From Phyllobates terribilis (lineage: Eukaryota), in NCBI RefSeq assembly GCF_046119375.1, contig NW_027362762.1:262942001-263006000 (forward strand): DNA of 64,000 nt, read 5' to 3'. Position numbers and translations under genes: made by a program. Below, in pieces: positions 34,761 through 48,691 of this stretch. Under the pieces are notes generated by a model, which was given only the letters and a program-made list of their open reading frames with translations, ran no database searches and was not told the DNA's origin. Position 1 is the first letter of the stretch; every line of letters starts with the position of its first letter.

Positions 34761-36420
34761 TCACTGCATACGCAATAACAGTATAGGAGACCCACTCTTT
34801 AGTAATGGGAACAACAAAACATAGCTGGCTGATGGCTCTCTAACAATAGTGAGGGCCGACTGCTGACCCTTTAAGAATTGTAAAGGCCACCTGATGGCCC
34901 TATAAAAATAGGCTTTGTGACTTTCAGAGTCCCTCCTTCATAAATGAAACAGGATGTGTCTGATTATGTCTCACACCACATGGCCAGATAAGGTTGTAAA
35001 ATGTTAAAATGACATCTCACGGTGAATGCATTTGTCATGTTTGAAAGCAAAGCTAAAGTGCAAAATGCTACGTGTGAACACAGCCCAAGGTGTGGATGAG
35101 TATTTTGGGTTTTGGTTATTTATTTTGCTTTATATACCAGTCATTACCCTGGAAAGGATGTTCCTTAACATATTTCCTAGGAAAATCCATTTTGGTTTTG
35201 TTTTTGTATGTTTTATTGTGAGTCTGTAAAAGTGGCGTAATACCTCTGACAACATTGTTCACAGAAGTGACCTGGGAGTCAGAAATGCTTCCAGGGGTCT
35301 TCCCCATGCTGTTCCCATGTCATTTTAGCACTGTTCCCATCGATTTGGGCAATTTTTAGGCCTCTGCAGACCGCCGGGGGGGAGCTGCCTGAAAAATGCT
35401 CGAGTTTCCCATAGACTTACATTGGGCTCGTTGCTCGGGTCGAGCACCCGAGCATTCCAATTTGCTCAACCCGAGCATCGAGCACCCAAGCATTTTAGTG
35501 CTCGCCCATCACTATTGAAGACTAAGTGGTAGGGATCACCCTATTTGTCAACTACTCTTTTTGCTCCTACCTGTCCCGGAGGTTGGCATCCTCTTGAAAT
35601 GCATTTGGCATCCCCACTACTCGTCAACTAGCCCTGGTCGTCCTCGCCACAGCCTCCTCAGCCTCACCCTGCCAACACAGCCTCCCCTCAGCACCATCCT
35701 CACCTTATTAGCACCAACAGCCTCCCCTCACCACCACCAGCCTCCCCTCACCACTACCAGCCTCCCCTCAGCACCACAAGGGCCCCCATCAGCACCACAA
35801 GGGCCCCCCTCAGCACCACAACATTTATTTGTATATTTAAGAGGTAATTGTGACACAGAAGAAAATCCTTAAAAAAAACAAAGTTTGACTCATTTTTAAA
35901 GGACTATTAATCTTTAAGCTTCAATACAATTCATGTAAGCCTATAAGATTGAATTAGAAAAATGTATTGTTACAGCAGTAAAGACATTCATTGTGTAAAT
36001 TGCTGGTTTGATACAATTTAAAATAACTGTAGAAGACATTTGTTTATAATAAATTAACACATCTAAAGCCATTTCTGCTTAGTAGCAGATGTGCAGTTTT
36101 CATTGTTCAATTACTTGCATAATTAAAATAATTTAGAACAAGCAATGCATAACATAGGGATATTTTCTGAGAAGCTAAGTAAACACTGGTTAAAGATACA
36201 AACAGGGTTATAATACTTTGAATGAAAAAAATACATTTTTAGAGGGATTCTTGCTTTACTGCACACATAGTTTAGAGCCTGAAATTAATAAAGAACAATG
36301 CATTATATTGGTAATATAGAATTACAATGATATAATATACCATATAAATATGAACATAGGTTTAATTGTCCATGAACTAATGTAAATAACACATTGCATT
36401 CTAAATTCTCTTCATATGTA

Positions 36421-38051
36421 CAGTACAGAACAAAAGTTTGGACACACCGTCTCATTTAAAGATTTTTCTGTATTTTCATGACTATGAAAATTGTACATTC
36501 ACACTGAAGGCATCAAAACTATGAATTAACACATGTGGAATTATATACTTAACAAAAAAGTGTGAAACAACTGAAAAAATGTCTTATATTCTAGGTTCTT
36601 CAAAGTAGCCACCTTTTGCTTTGATGACTGCTTTGCACACTCTTGGCATTCTCTTGATGAGCTTCAAGAGGTAGTCACCGGAAATTGTTTTCACTTCACA
36701 GGTGTGCCCTGTCAGGTTTAATAAGTGAGATTTCTTGCCTTATAAATGGGGTTGGGACCATCAGTTGTGTTGTGAAGAAGTCTGGTGGATACACAGCTGA
36801 TAGTCCTACTGAATAGACTGTTAGTATTTGTATTATGGCAAAAAAAAAGCAGCTAAGTAAAGAAAAACAAGTGCCCATCATTACTTTAAGAAATGAAGTT
36901 CAGTCAGTCTGAAAAATTGGGCAAACTTTGAAAGTGTCCCCAAGTGCAGTTGCAAAAACCATCAAGCGCTGAAAAGAAACTGGCTCACATGAGGACCGCC
37001 CCAGGAAAGGAAGACCAAGAGTCACCTCTGCTTCTGAGGATAAGTTTATCCGAGTCACCAGCCTCAGAAATCGCAGGTTAACAGCAGCTCAGATTAGAGA
37101 CCAAGTCAATGCCACACAGAGTTCTAGCAGCAGACACATCTCTACAACAACTGTTAAGAGGAGACTTTGTGCAGCAGGCCTTCATGGTAAAATAGCTGCT
37201 AGGAAACCACTGTTAAGGACAGGCAACAAGCAGAAGAGACTTGTTTGGGCTAAAGAACACAAGGAATGGACATTAGACCAGTGGAAATCTGTGCTTTGGT
37301 CTGATGAGTCCAAATTTGAGATCCTTGGTTCCAAACACCGTGTCTTTGTGCGACGCAGAAAAGGTGAACGGATGGACTCTACATGCCTGGTTCCCACCGT
37401 GAAGCATGGAGGAGGAGGTGTGATGGTGTGGGGGTGCTTTGCTGGTGACACTGTTGAGGATTTATTCAAAATTGAAGGCATATTGAACCAGCATGGCTAC
37501 CACAGCATCTTGCAGCGGTATGCTATTCCATCCGGTTTGCATTTAGTTGGACCATCATTTATTTTTCAACAGGACAAATGACCCCAAACACGCTTCCAGG
37601 CTGTGTAAGAGCTATTTGACCAAGAAGGAGAGTGATGGGGTGCAACGCCAGATGACCTGGCCTCCAGAGTCACCAGACCTGAACCCAATCGAGATGGTTT
37701 GGGGTGAACTAGACCGCAAAGTGAAGGCAAAAGGGCCAACAAGTGCTAAGCATCTCTGGGAACTCCTTCAAGATTGTTTGAAGACCATTTCCGGTGACTA
37801 CCCCTTGAAGCTCATCAAGAGAATGCCAAGAGTGTGCAAAGCAGTCATCAAAGCAAAAGGTGGCTACTTTGAAGAACCTAGAATATAAGACATTTTTTCA
37901 GCTGCTTCACACTTTTTTGTTAAGTATATAATTCCACATGTGTTAATTCATAGTTTTGATGCCTTCAGTGTGAATGTACAATTTTCATAGTCATGAAAAT
38001 ACAGAAAAATCTTTAAATGAGAAGGTGTGTCCAAACTTTTGGTCTGTACTG
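36421..38051 (+). mobile_element. Full-length Tc1 transposon with disrupted transposase (36835-37888)
   Basis: TA|CAGTACAGAACAAAAGTTTGGACACACC ... GGTGTGTCCAAACTTTTGGTCTGTACTG|TA. WSDESKFE, VKHGGGGVMVWGCF and SPDLNPIEMVW. Confidence 0.93.
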
Positions 38052-39124
38052 TATATAAAAAAAACAAATTAAACATTGTAATAAGAGTATTCTAAAATAT
38101 TATTTATGTATACAAACATACATCATACCTACATATTCTCATAAGATCAAGAACTTCTGTAAAAGAGGAGATTTTCTAGACAGAAATTGTTTCCTGCAGG
38201 CCTTTCACAGCCACACTTCTTTGCATTACAATGAATGTGACTTTCTTGCCTTATCATTAACCATGACAATGGAGGACAATCTCTTTAAATTTTTACAGGA
38301 CATGAACCATTTTCTATGTCTCGATATTGGTCACACCAGACAAAATGTTCCAGATACTTTGTTTTTTGGACATTTGTGTTCAGTTTTTAAGGAACATACA
38401 TTTTTTGGATGTGTCTTGAATTTTTTGTTACTATATACACTCATGGTCAAAATTGTTGGTACCCCTCGTTTAATGAACGAAAAAAACACAATGGTCACAG
38501 AAATAACTTGAATCTGACAAAAGTAATAAATTAAAAATCTATGAAAATGAACAAATGAAAATCAGTCATTGCTTTTCAACCCTGCTTCCACAAAATTCTT
38601 TAAAAAAATTAGTCTCATGAAATAGGCCTGGACAGAAATGATGGTACTCTTAACTTAATTTTTTGTTGAACAAACTTTTGAGGCAGTGGCCCCATAGCAG
38701 ATAACGCCACTGCTATGGGGCCCGTGGCCGGAGGGGGCCCGTGAGGGCCCCAAGCAGCGTGGGAACGAGGAGGATAGGTGAGTAGGAGGTTGCGGTGGCA
38801 GAGGAGCGGGTTGCGGCAGTGGAGGAGCGGGGCACACGCTGTAGCCGCTGCTGCAGCTATCACGTGTGCCCGCTGCTAAAGGTACATGAATATTCCCTCT
38901 TCTCCACTCCCATGGGTGTGGAGAAGACGGAATATTCATTCTCTTTAGTAGCGGGCACGGAGGAGCGCTGAGCCCCGGCTCCTGCTGTCAGTGCAGAGGA
39001 GTGAATGTGCCGGCAGCAGCTCACCTCGTCTTCTGAGAGCGCACGCAGCGCTGGAGCAGAGGGGAGGAAGGAAGGTGAGTATAAGTGTTTATTGTTTTAT
39101 GTGTGCAGTGATTGTGAGGATGAG

Positions 39125-40150
39125 GAAGCCACACATACCAGGATACTTGGATTAAGGAGGCCACACATACCAGGAATGGGGGATTGAGGAGGCCACACAT
39201 ACCAGGAATGGGGGATTGAAGAGGCCACACATACCAGGAATAGGGGACTGAGGAGGCTACACATACCAGGATACTTGGATTAAGGAGGCCACACATACCA
39301 GGAATGGGGGATTGAGGAGGCCACACATACCAGGAATGGGGGATTGAGGAGGCCACACATACCAGGAATGGGGGATTGAGGAGGCCACACATACCAGGAT
39401 TTGGGGATTGAGGAGGCCACACATACCAGGATTTGGGGATTGAGGAGGCCACACGTACCAGGATTTGGGGATTGAGGAGGCCACACGTACCAGGATTTGG
39501 GGATTGAGGAGGCCACACGTACCAGGATTTGGGGATTGAGGAGGCCACACGTACCAGGATTTGGGGATTGAGGAGGCCACACATACCAGGATTGGGGGGT
39601 TGAGGAGGCCACACGTACCAGGATTGGGGGATTGAGGAGGCCACACATACCAGGAATGGGGGATTGAGGAGGCCACACATACCAGGATTTGGGGATTGAG
39701 GAGGCCACACATACCAGGATTTGGGGATTGAGGAGGCCACACGTACCAGGATTTGGGGATTGAGGAGGCCACACGTACCAGGATTTGGGGATTGAGGAGG
39801 CCACACGTACCAGGATTTGGGGATTGAGGAGGCCACACGTACCAGGATTTGGGGATTGAGGAGGCCACACATACCAGGATTGGGGGGTTGAGGAGGCCAC
39901 ACGTACCAGGATTGGGGTGTTGAGGAGGCCACACGTACCAGGATTGGGGGGTTGAGGAGGCCACATGTACCAGGATTGGGGGATTGAGGGGGCCATACAT
40001 ACCAGGGATTGTGGGATTGAGGGGGCCATACATACCAGGGATTGTGGGATTGAGGGTGCCACACATATCAGGGATTGGGGGATTGAGGAGGCTACACATA
40101 CCAGAGATTGTGGGGGCCACACATACCAGGGATTGTGGGATTGAGGGGCC
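39125..40150 (+). repeat. 32-bp G-rich minisatellite (~32 copies)
   Basis: Unit GAGGAGGCCACAC(A/G)TACCAGGATTTGGGGATT; period of 32 measured at 39431-39463. Confidence 0.93.
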
Positions 40151-40339
40151 ACACCTACGAGGATGGGGAAATTTACCAGTAGCTGCTGCATTTCCCACCC
40201 TAGGCTTATACTCAAGTCAATAGGTTTCCCCATTTTTATGTGGTTAAAATTAGGGGCCTCGGCTTATATTCGCTTCGGCTTTTTTAAAATATACAGTATT
40301 TTAAAATCAGTGAGTACGTGGTGCCCATAATACTGCACA

Positions 40340-40910
40340 ACTGTGGCGTGCATTATACTATATGGGGGCTGCATTTTACCCTATGGGGTGTGTAATATAC
40401 TGTATGGAGGACTATGGGGAGTGCATTATATTCTATGGAGGACCATAGGAAGTTCATTATACTATATGGAGGATTATGGGGGGCGCATTATACTATATGG
40501 AGGTTTATGGGGGAGCATTATACTATATGGAGGATTATGGGGGCGCATTATACTATATGGAAGATTATTGGTGGTGCATTATACTATATGGAAGGCTATG
40601 TGGGGCCATTATAATATTTTGAGGGCTATGTGGGGGGCCATTATACTGTATGAAAGCAATTATACAGTGTGAAGGTTTGTGTGGGGTCCATTATACTGTT
40701 TGGAGGGCTGTGTGGGGGCCATTATACTGTTTGGAGCGCTGTGTGGGGGCCATGAGAGTGTATGGAGGGCTCTGTGGGGTTCACAGTTGCAGGATTATAC
40801 TGTGCTAAGGTCACCATGGGAGTTGAAGTGGGGTACAATAGGGTCATTATACTGTGCATGTGGAGGAATGCACCATAGGGGTATCATACTGTTTGGGGGG
40901 CACTTTGGTT
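40340..40910 (+). repeat. ~30-bp minisatellite
   Basis: Repeated CATTATACTATATGGAGGA(C/T)TATGGGG. Confidence 0.8.
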
Positions 40911-41312
40911 GGCATCATACTTTATGGGGGCAATGAAAGAGGAATCTACGACTTCAGAGAGAGGTAAATTACTATGTAAAGGCTGGAAAGTTATGAGATC
41001 TGCTCTTCTGTGACACAGACAAATATTTATTTTTTGTAGGGGGGGGGGCCAATTAGAGCTTCTGCTATGGGGCCCCATGACTTCTATGTACGCCCCTGTT
41101 TTGAGGCAATCACTGCAAACGATCAATGAGACTTCTGCACCTCTTGACAAGTATTTTGACCCACTCCTCATGAGCAAACTGCTCCAGCTGTCTCGTGTTT
41201 GAAGGTTGCCTTTTCCAGACAGCATGTTTCAGCTCTTTCCAAAGATGCTCAATATGATTTAGGCCAGGGCAAATAGAAGGCCACTTCAGAATAGTCCAAT
41301 ATTTTCATCTTA

Positions 41313-41564
<252 letters not shown>

Positions 41565-43779
41565 TTAATTTTTCCATCTGTGAACATAGAGATGATGTGC
41601 CAGTCTGTCTTTTTTATGATTTTTTTTCAACAATAGTGCTCTCCAATGAAGTCCACTTTGGATCAAACAACGACAGATGGTGCGATCTGACACTAATGTT
41701 CCTTGAGGTTGAAGTTCACCTTTAATCTCTTTAGAAGTTTTCCTGGGTTCTTTTGTTATCATTCATATTAATTATCTCTTTGATTTGTCATAAATTTTCC
41801 TCCTGCGGCCATGTTCAGGGAGGTTGGCTACAGTCCCATGGATCTTAAATTTCTGAATAATATGTGCAACTGTAGTCACAGGAAGATCAAGCTGCTTGGA
41901 GTTGGTCTTATAACCTTTACCTTTAACATGCTTGTCTATAATTTTCTTTCTAATCTCCTGAGACAACTCTTTCCTTTGCTTCCTCTGGTCCATGTTGAGT
42001 GTGGTACACACCATGTCACCAAACAGCACAGTGAGTATCTGTAGCCCTGTATACAGGCCCACTGACTGATTACAAGATTGTAGACACCTGTGATGGTAAT
42101 TAGTGGACACAACTTGATTCAACATGTCCCTTTTGTCACATTATTTTCAGGGGTACCATCATTTCTGTCCAGGTCTATTTCATGAGTTTAATTTTTTTTT
42201 AAAATTCTGTGGAAGCAGGGTTGAAAAGCAATGTCTGACTTTCATTTGTTCATTTTCATATATTTTTCATGTATTATTACTTTTGTCAGTTTCTAGCTAT
42301 TTCTGTGACCATTGTGGGTTTTTCTTTTATTAAACGAGGGGTACCAACAATTTTGACCACGTGTGTAAACTGTAAACATGAGTAGGATTAGTATATTTAT
42401 AACATGGCTGGAAATGTTAGGGCCTGTTATAAATATAATTGCAGAATCTGTAGAGTTCTCATATTACCATTGAAGCATGAATTACATGGATTAAAATCTA
42501 GCTCTTTGACCCCCAGGTGACCCTTAACTGCGGTCCAGATATCTAACCCCCCCTACCCATGAACAGGTAATTAAAGTTGATCATCTGAAAGATCACAAAC
42601 AAAATTCCTTCTTCCTCAGCTTGCAGAAGAATGGAGGAGGTGACAGATTTATGTCTGGTGGAGATAACCTATCACCTTTAGCATCAGCTAGAAATGAAAG
42701 GCAAGCAGATTATTTTAAAATCCTTTGTCCTCATTTGCAAATTATAAATGGAGATTTTTATGAACGGCATAGATTTGACAGATATAAAATTCATATTTTA
42801 GGAGTCATGACAAAATGGCGAACGTAATGCATTGTCTTACATCACTAGACGATTGTGACAACACCTCCAAATTAAAATCAGTAAGATGGATGATGCCATC
42901 TATGCCATGTCTCTTATCTATAGAAAGGTAAAATTGTGATAGGAAACATGACAGTAATATCTCCCACCTGGGACCTCCAGGGGGGAAGATATCGTGGAAA
43001 TTGGGGATCTCATAATTTTCTAAAAAGAACTAGCCACATCACTGACCAGCCCTGCTATGAGTCACCAGAGGGGAGGTATGTGGGCATGACCTGTGTTAAT
43101 AAAAGCAAATGCCAAACTATGGTCATTGTCAGTCCTGGGAGACACAGTGAACTGTGCTACTGTGCCGTTACCCCCCAAAAACAAAGAGATCCACTTCATA
43201 GGAGACAGAGCCAACCACGCGACATCAGGTTTAATACATTTGTTTTGTTTATACTTTTTATTTTATGTAATTATATATACTGCATTGTTTTGCTCCCATT
43301 TTGTAACAACTGGTATATTTTTATAAGCATGCCTAATTTTTATATTAAATATATAAAAATTGAATAGCTCTGTTGCTCTTGCTCTATAAACCGCACCCTT
43401 GAAACAATACACTATGTGTAACAGCTGTCCAATTGGCCTGTATAAATGATTGGTTATTGTGGAGTGAGCAGTGACCATACTGGGTTATATATTTAATGTA
43501 TTTGAATTGTATGTGTATATACTATACTCTCACTGTTAGTTCCCCAATAACTGGCCTAGTAATGGACATACCCGCAACCTCGTCTATCACTCATCTGTCA
43601 ATTGTGTAATTGTCCTGACAATTGGAGGCGGAGGAGTGGCAGCGGTGGGATCTGCTTGATACCCCTGTTGGTCCAATAGACAAAGTGGTGGCAGTGGTAT
43701 GATCTCCGTGATCTCTGTCGGCTGTGTTGCTTGACAGGGCCCGATTAATAAAAACTGGTGTTTTACATGCCAGTCTTAA

Positions 43780-45321
43780 AGGGAACCATGTGTCATCATG
43801 AAAATGCAGTCCAATCTGATGGCTTTAGGAGTAGCTGAGCAGATTGATACAGGTGCATCTCACTAAATTAGAATATCATCAAAAAGATAATTTATTTCAG
43901 TTCTTCAATACAAAAAGTGAAACTCATATTATATAGAGTCATTAAAAACAGAGTGATCTATTTCAAGTGTTTATTTCTGTTAATGTTAATGATTATGGCT
44001 TACAACCAATGAAAACACAAAAAGTCATTATCTCAGTAAATTAGAATAATTAACAAAAAACACCTACAAAGGCTTCCTAAGTGATTAAAAAGGTCCCTTA
44101 GTCTGTTTCAGTAGGCTCCTCAATCATGGGGAAGACTGCTGACTTGACATATTTCCAGAAGGCAGTCATTGACACCAAGTAAATGAAAGTATTTCATTTG
44201 GAAATCATGGTCCCAGAGTCTGGAGGAAGAGTGGAGAGGCACACAATCCAAGCTGCTTGAGGTCTAGTGTGAAGTTTCCACAATCAGTGATGGTTTGGGG
44301 AGCCATGTCATCTGCTGGTGTAGGTCCACTGTGTTTTATCAAGAACAAAGTCAGCGCAGCCGTCTACCAGGAAATTTTAGAGCACTTCATGCTTCCCTCT
44401 GCCGACAAGCTTTTTGGAGATGGAAATTTCATTCTCCAGCACGACTTGGCGCCTGTCCACACTGTCAAAAGTACCTATACCTGGTTTAAAAACAACAGTA
44501 TCACTGTGCTTGATTGGCCAGCAAACCCACCTGACCTTAACCCCATAGAGAATCTATGGGGTATTGTCAAGAGGAAGATGAGACACCAGACCCAACAATG
44601 CAGACGAGCTGAGGGCTGCTATCAAAGCAACCTGGGCTTCCATAACACGTCAGCAGTGCCACAGGCTGATCGCCTCCAAGCCATGCCGCATTGATGCAGT
44701 AATTGATGCAAAAGGAGCCCCGGCCAAGTATTGAGTGCATTTACTGAGCATACATTTCAGTAGGCCAACATTTCGGATTTTAAACCATTTTTCAAGCTGT
44801 TGTTATAAAGTATTCTAATTTACTGAGATAATGATTTTTGTATTTTCATTGGCTGTAAGCCATAATCATCAACATTAACAGACAAACACTTGAAATAGAT
44901 CACTCTGTTTGTATTGACTCTATATAATATATGAGTTTCACTTTTTGTATTGAAGAACTGATATAAATTAATTTTTTGATGATCTTCTAATTTAGGGGGA
45001 TGCACCTGTATATAGTTTTGTGAGAAATTATTCAGTATAACCTGTATTTCCATCATTTTAACTTCTGCACTCTCTGGGATTTTTGGTCCAGTGGACGGTC
45101 CTATCATTAACTGACAGCTTTTTTTGCATAAGAATGCATGCAGAGATAGCTATCAATCACTAATAGAGCCACCAACTGGACCAAAAATTACAAAGGTTTA
45201 AATGATTAAAACACAGTTTCTACTGATTTTTTTGCCACAAAACTATATATCAATCTACTTCCTGCTCTATAACATTGTGCTTGCAGATTGGACTGTATTT
45301 TTCAAGGTGGCAAGGTTCCTT
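43780..45321. mobile_element. TTAA-type T2/Kolobok-like MITE interrupted by a Tc1
   Basis: TTAA|AGGGAACC ... GGTTCCTT|TTCA. Confidence 0.6.
43850..45008 (+). mobile_element. Internally deleted Tc1 transposon
   Basis: TA|CAGGTGCATCTCACTAAATTAGAA ... GATGCACCTG|TA with ~200-bp TIRs. Deletion near 44176. VKFPQSVMVWGAM and PPDLNPIENLW. Confidence 0.9.
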
Positions 45322-47300
45322 TTCATGAATGGAACTGCTGGTGTAAGATGTGCCTAATTCATTAAGAAGCGCACACCTATTAATGAATTATGCGCATCCT
45401 ACAACTTGTGGGCGCCTTGCAGTAATGTTATGCTTGGAGCTGCAAATATTTTAATGCCATTTTGGCAAAGCTAGCTGAGACTGACATAAAAGCGACAAAA
45501 CTGTATTTGGCAGAATAAAAATAAGATTTTTTACTTCACTCAAATTTGGATGCTGTCCTTCTATACTATTAATAAACGTGACAAAAGTAAAAAAAAAATG
45601 TGTAACTTGATTTTTTGCAAAAAAATTTGTGATATTTAAAGGTGTTTTACACCAGGAAACTGGTGAAAACTCCTTTATGAAGCTGTTTCTAAGACAAATC
45701 CAGTAATACCTTTAACTAGATAGTCTATTTCTCCATTACCGAGAAATCATGGATATGAAAATGTGAATGAGGCTGAAGTGCTTTCAGTAGGTGGAAGCTC
45801 TTCTTAAGCCCCTTTGACATCGGGTCTATTCCCTGTCCAGTGCCGCCTCCTCCATGTGTGACAGCTTTTTTGCTTGAAGTCACACAGGTAAAGGTATTGC
45901 TGGATGGGCAGCCTTGCATTGCTGTGGTCCTGGTTTCAAATCCCACCAATAACAACATCTCCAAGGAGTTTGTATGTTCTCCTTGTGCTTGATGCAGAGA
46001 TTTACTGATAGGGAATTTAGATTGTGAGCCCAATTATGATTATTCTGTCTGTAAATTTCGACAGAACTAATAGCACTATGTAAGTTAGTAAAATAAATCA
46101 GTTTGTCTTTTAAAGAGCTGCATGCACATATCAAAAGTTTGAGGATGAAAAATCCTGCTGACTGCTTCTCTTTTAAATAAAGTATTACACTTGAAAGCTG
46201 AAAAAAAAAACAAAGCAAATTTAAATCAGTTAAATACATACAATACTCTTATTATGTCTTCCTTGCTTTCAACTGTGTTGCTAATCTCACACCATGCTGA
46301 CAAATTCCACCACTTATTAAAGGGGTTGTCCTGTCTAAAACGACAAGTCTGCAGTCACTATGTGTGACTGCAGACCTATCAATAGAGATGAGCGTTGTTC
46401 TACTCGAACTGTTCGCCAATCTCAAATTCGAGCTGTTTTGGGCGGTGTTCGAGCCGGTCGGCGAACACGAACAATTTGAGAAAAATTCGGCTGTTCGAGG
46501 TTATGTTCGATAACTGTTCGTGCACCAAAATCATAACTGGATTTTTTCTCAGTAATGATGAAAATTAATGTTAATACGCAGTTTGAGTGTACAGCGGGGC
46601 GGGGGGAGGGGCAGGGGATGGATCTCTGCAGGAACAATGAAGATCTCCATTTTTTTTTCTCTTTCCCGCATTTGCAGTGGGGAGGTGCAATCTGTCAGCC
46701 TATCAGCAGCGCACACACGGAGCGAAGTGCTTTTTTTCACACAAGCAAGGGCATGTGTGATTGGCAGTGTATGTCACATGTCCTTGCCCTATAAGACCAA
46801 GCCATTTTCCCCATCGCCACCATTTTCTCACTGCTGCAGCTGCGTGTTAGACGGCACCGCTGTTGCTGTGTGCGCTATACCTTGTTAATTTCAAGCCAAT
46901 TTTCGCACAAATATACAGATAGCTTGGGAGTAGGGAATAGTTGTGATTGCAGTCCTTTTAAGGACTAGGTTACAGCATTTCCTACGACTTTTATCAGGCA
47001 GGTCTGTGCTCTTAAATAGATAGATTGTGGGAGTAAAGACTAATTGTAATTGGAGTCCTTTTCAGGACTAGGTTACATCAGTTCCTATCAGTTTTTGCCA
47101 GGCAGGTCTGTGCCAGTGCTGTGCAAGTTTTTTTCACAGCATTTGGCTGAATCTAGCAAAGCTAATCCTTTTTGGCCTATTGCAGAGTGTGTTAGTCAGT
47201 GGAGTAGCCTATCTGTGTTGCAAGATATACCACCTGTGTATAGAATACCAATTTTTTTACTGCACCTAGTGAAGTAAAATCTTTTGGGCATAGCATCATT

Positions 47301-48575
47301 CTATTAGTCCATCTATACTGACCTCCATCAGGTTGCAAACTGAATATAATTTTTTTCTGCATCTAGCTCTGAAAAAATATTTGGGCTTCTAGCGGTGTGT
47401 GGGACTTGGTCTATTAGTCCATCTATACTGACCTCCATCAGGTTGCAAATTAAAAATAATTTTTTTCTGCATCTAGCTCTGAAAAAATATTTGGGCTTCT
47501 AGCAGTGTGTGGGACTTGGTCTATTAGTCCATCTATACTGACCTCCATCAGGTTGCAAATTAAAAATAATTTTTTTCTTCATTTATCTCTGAAAAAATAT
47601 TTGGGCTTCTAGCAGCGTGTGGGACTTGTTCTATTAGTCCATCTATACTGACCTCCATCAGGTTGCAAATTAAAAATAATTTTTTTCTGCATCTAGCTCT
47701 GAAAAAATATTTGGGCTTCTAGCAGTGTGTGGGACTTGGTCTATTAGTCCATCTATACTGACCTCCATCAGGTTGCAAATTGAATAAAAAAATTTTCTGC
47801 ATCTAGCTCTGAAAAAATATTTGGGCTTCTAGCGGTGTGTGGGACTTGGTCTATTAGTCCATCTATACTGACCTCCATCAGGTTGCAAATTAAAAATAAT
47901 TTTTTTCTGCATCTAGCTCTGAAAAAATATTTGGGCTTCTAGCAGTGTGTGGGACTTGGTCTATTAGTCCATCTATACTGACCTCCATCAGGTTGCAAAT
48001 TAAAAATAATTTTTTTCTTCATTTAGCTCTGAAAAAATATTTGGGCTTCTAGCAGTGTGTGGGACTTGTTCTATTAGTCCTTCTATACTGACGTCCAGCA
48101 GGTTGCAAATTGAATATAATTTTTTTCTGCATCTAGCTCTGAAAAAATATTTGGGCTTCTAGCGGTGTGTGGGACTTGGTCTATTAGTCCATCTATACTG
48201 ACCTCCATCAGGTTGCAAATTAAAAATAATTTTTTTCTGCATCTAGCTCTGAAAAAATATTTGGGCTTCTAGCAGTGTGTGGGACTTGGTCTATTAGTCC
48301 ATCTATACTGACCTCCATCAGGTTGCAAATTGAAAATAATTTTTTTCTGCATCTAGCTCTGAAAAAATATTTGGGCTTCTAGCAGTGTGTGGGACTTGGT
48401 CTATTAGTCCATCTATACTGACCTCCATCAGGTTGCAAATTGAATAAAAAAATTTTCTGCATCTAGCTCTGAAAAAATATTTGGGCTTCTAGCGGTGTGT
48501 GGGACTTGGTCTATTAGTCCATCTATACTGACCTCCATCAGGTTGCAAATTAAAAATAATTTTTTTCTGCATCTA
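47301..48575 (+). repeat. 110-bp tandem array (~11.6 copies) upstream of the transposase
   Basis: CTATTAGTCC starts every 110 bp from 47301 to 48511. Confidence 0.95.
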
Positions 48576-48691
48576 ACCCAGCCAATAGTTTTGGCCTAAT
48601 ACCACAGTTTGGCCACTCAGCTCTGCTCGGTTACCATCCATTGTTTTTTTGTGCAAACAACTCCAGAGTTGTGAATTAGTTAACCACCAAA

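Larger units (their letters stand above)
29980..35514 (+). mobile_element. Full-length decayed hAT (Ac/ZBED-like) transposon (hAT-4)
   Basis: TIRs TAGTGATGAGCGAG and CTCGCCCATCACTA. TSD GTGAAGAC/TTGAAGAC (7 of 8 match). Confidence 0.92.
38684..41098. mobile_element. Non-autonomous hAT-type element (CAG...CTG)
   Basis: Perfect 8-bp TSD TTTTGAGG (38676-38683 and 41099-41106). Shared subterminal GGCCCCATAGCAGA. Confidence 0.85.

Noticed and set aside
39021-40233. 313-347-aa ORFs
   Set aside because: Read-through of the 32-bp minisatellite.
42841-42917. 77-nt minus-strand exon-like segment (KRHGIDGIIHLTDFNLEVLSQSSSD)
   Set aside because: Good splice signals, but its phase is incompatible with the two other candidates and there is no homology support. 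It shows such hits can arise by chance.
47301-48575. CRISPR-like regular array
   Set aside because: Whole 110-bp units repeat with no unique spacers, there are no cas genes, and the context is eukaryotic.
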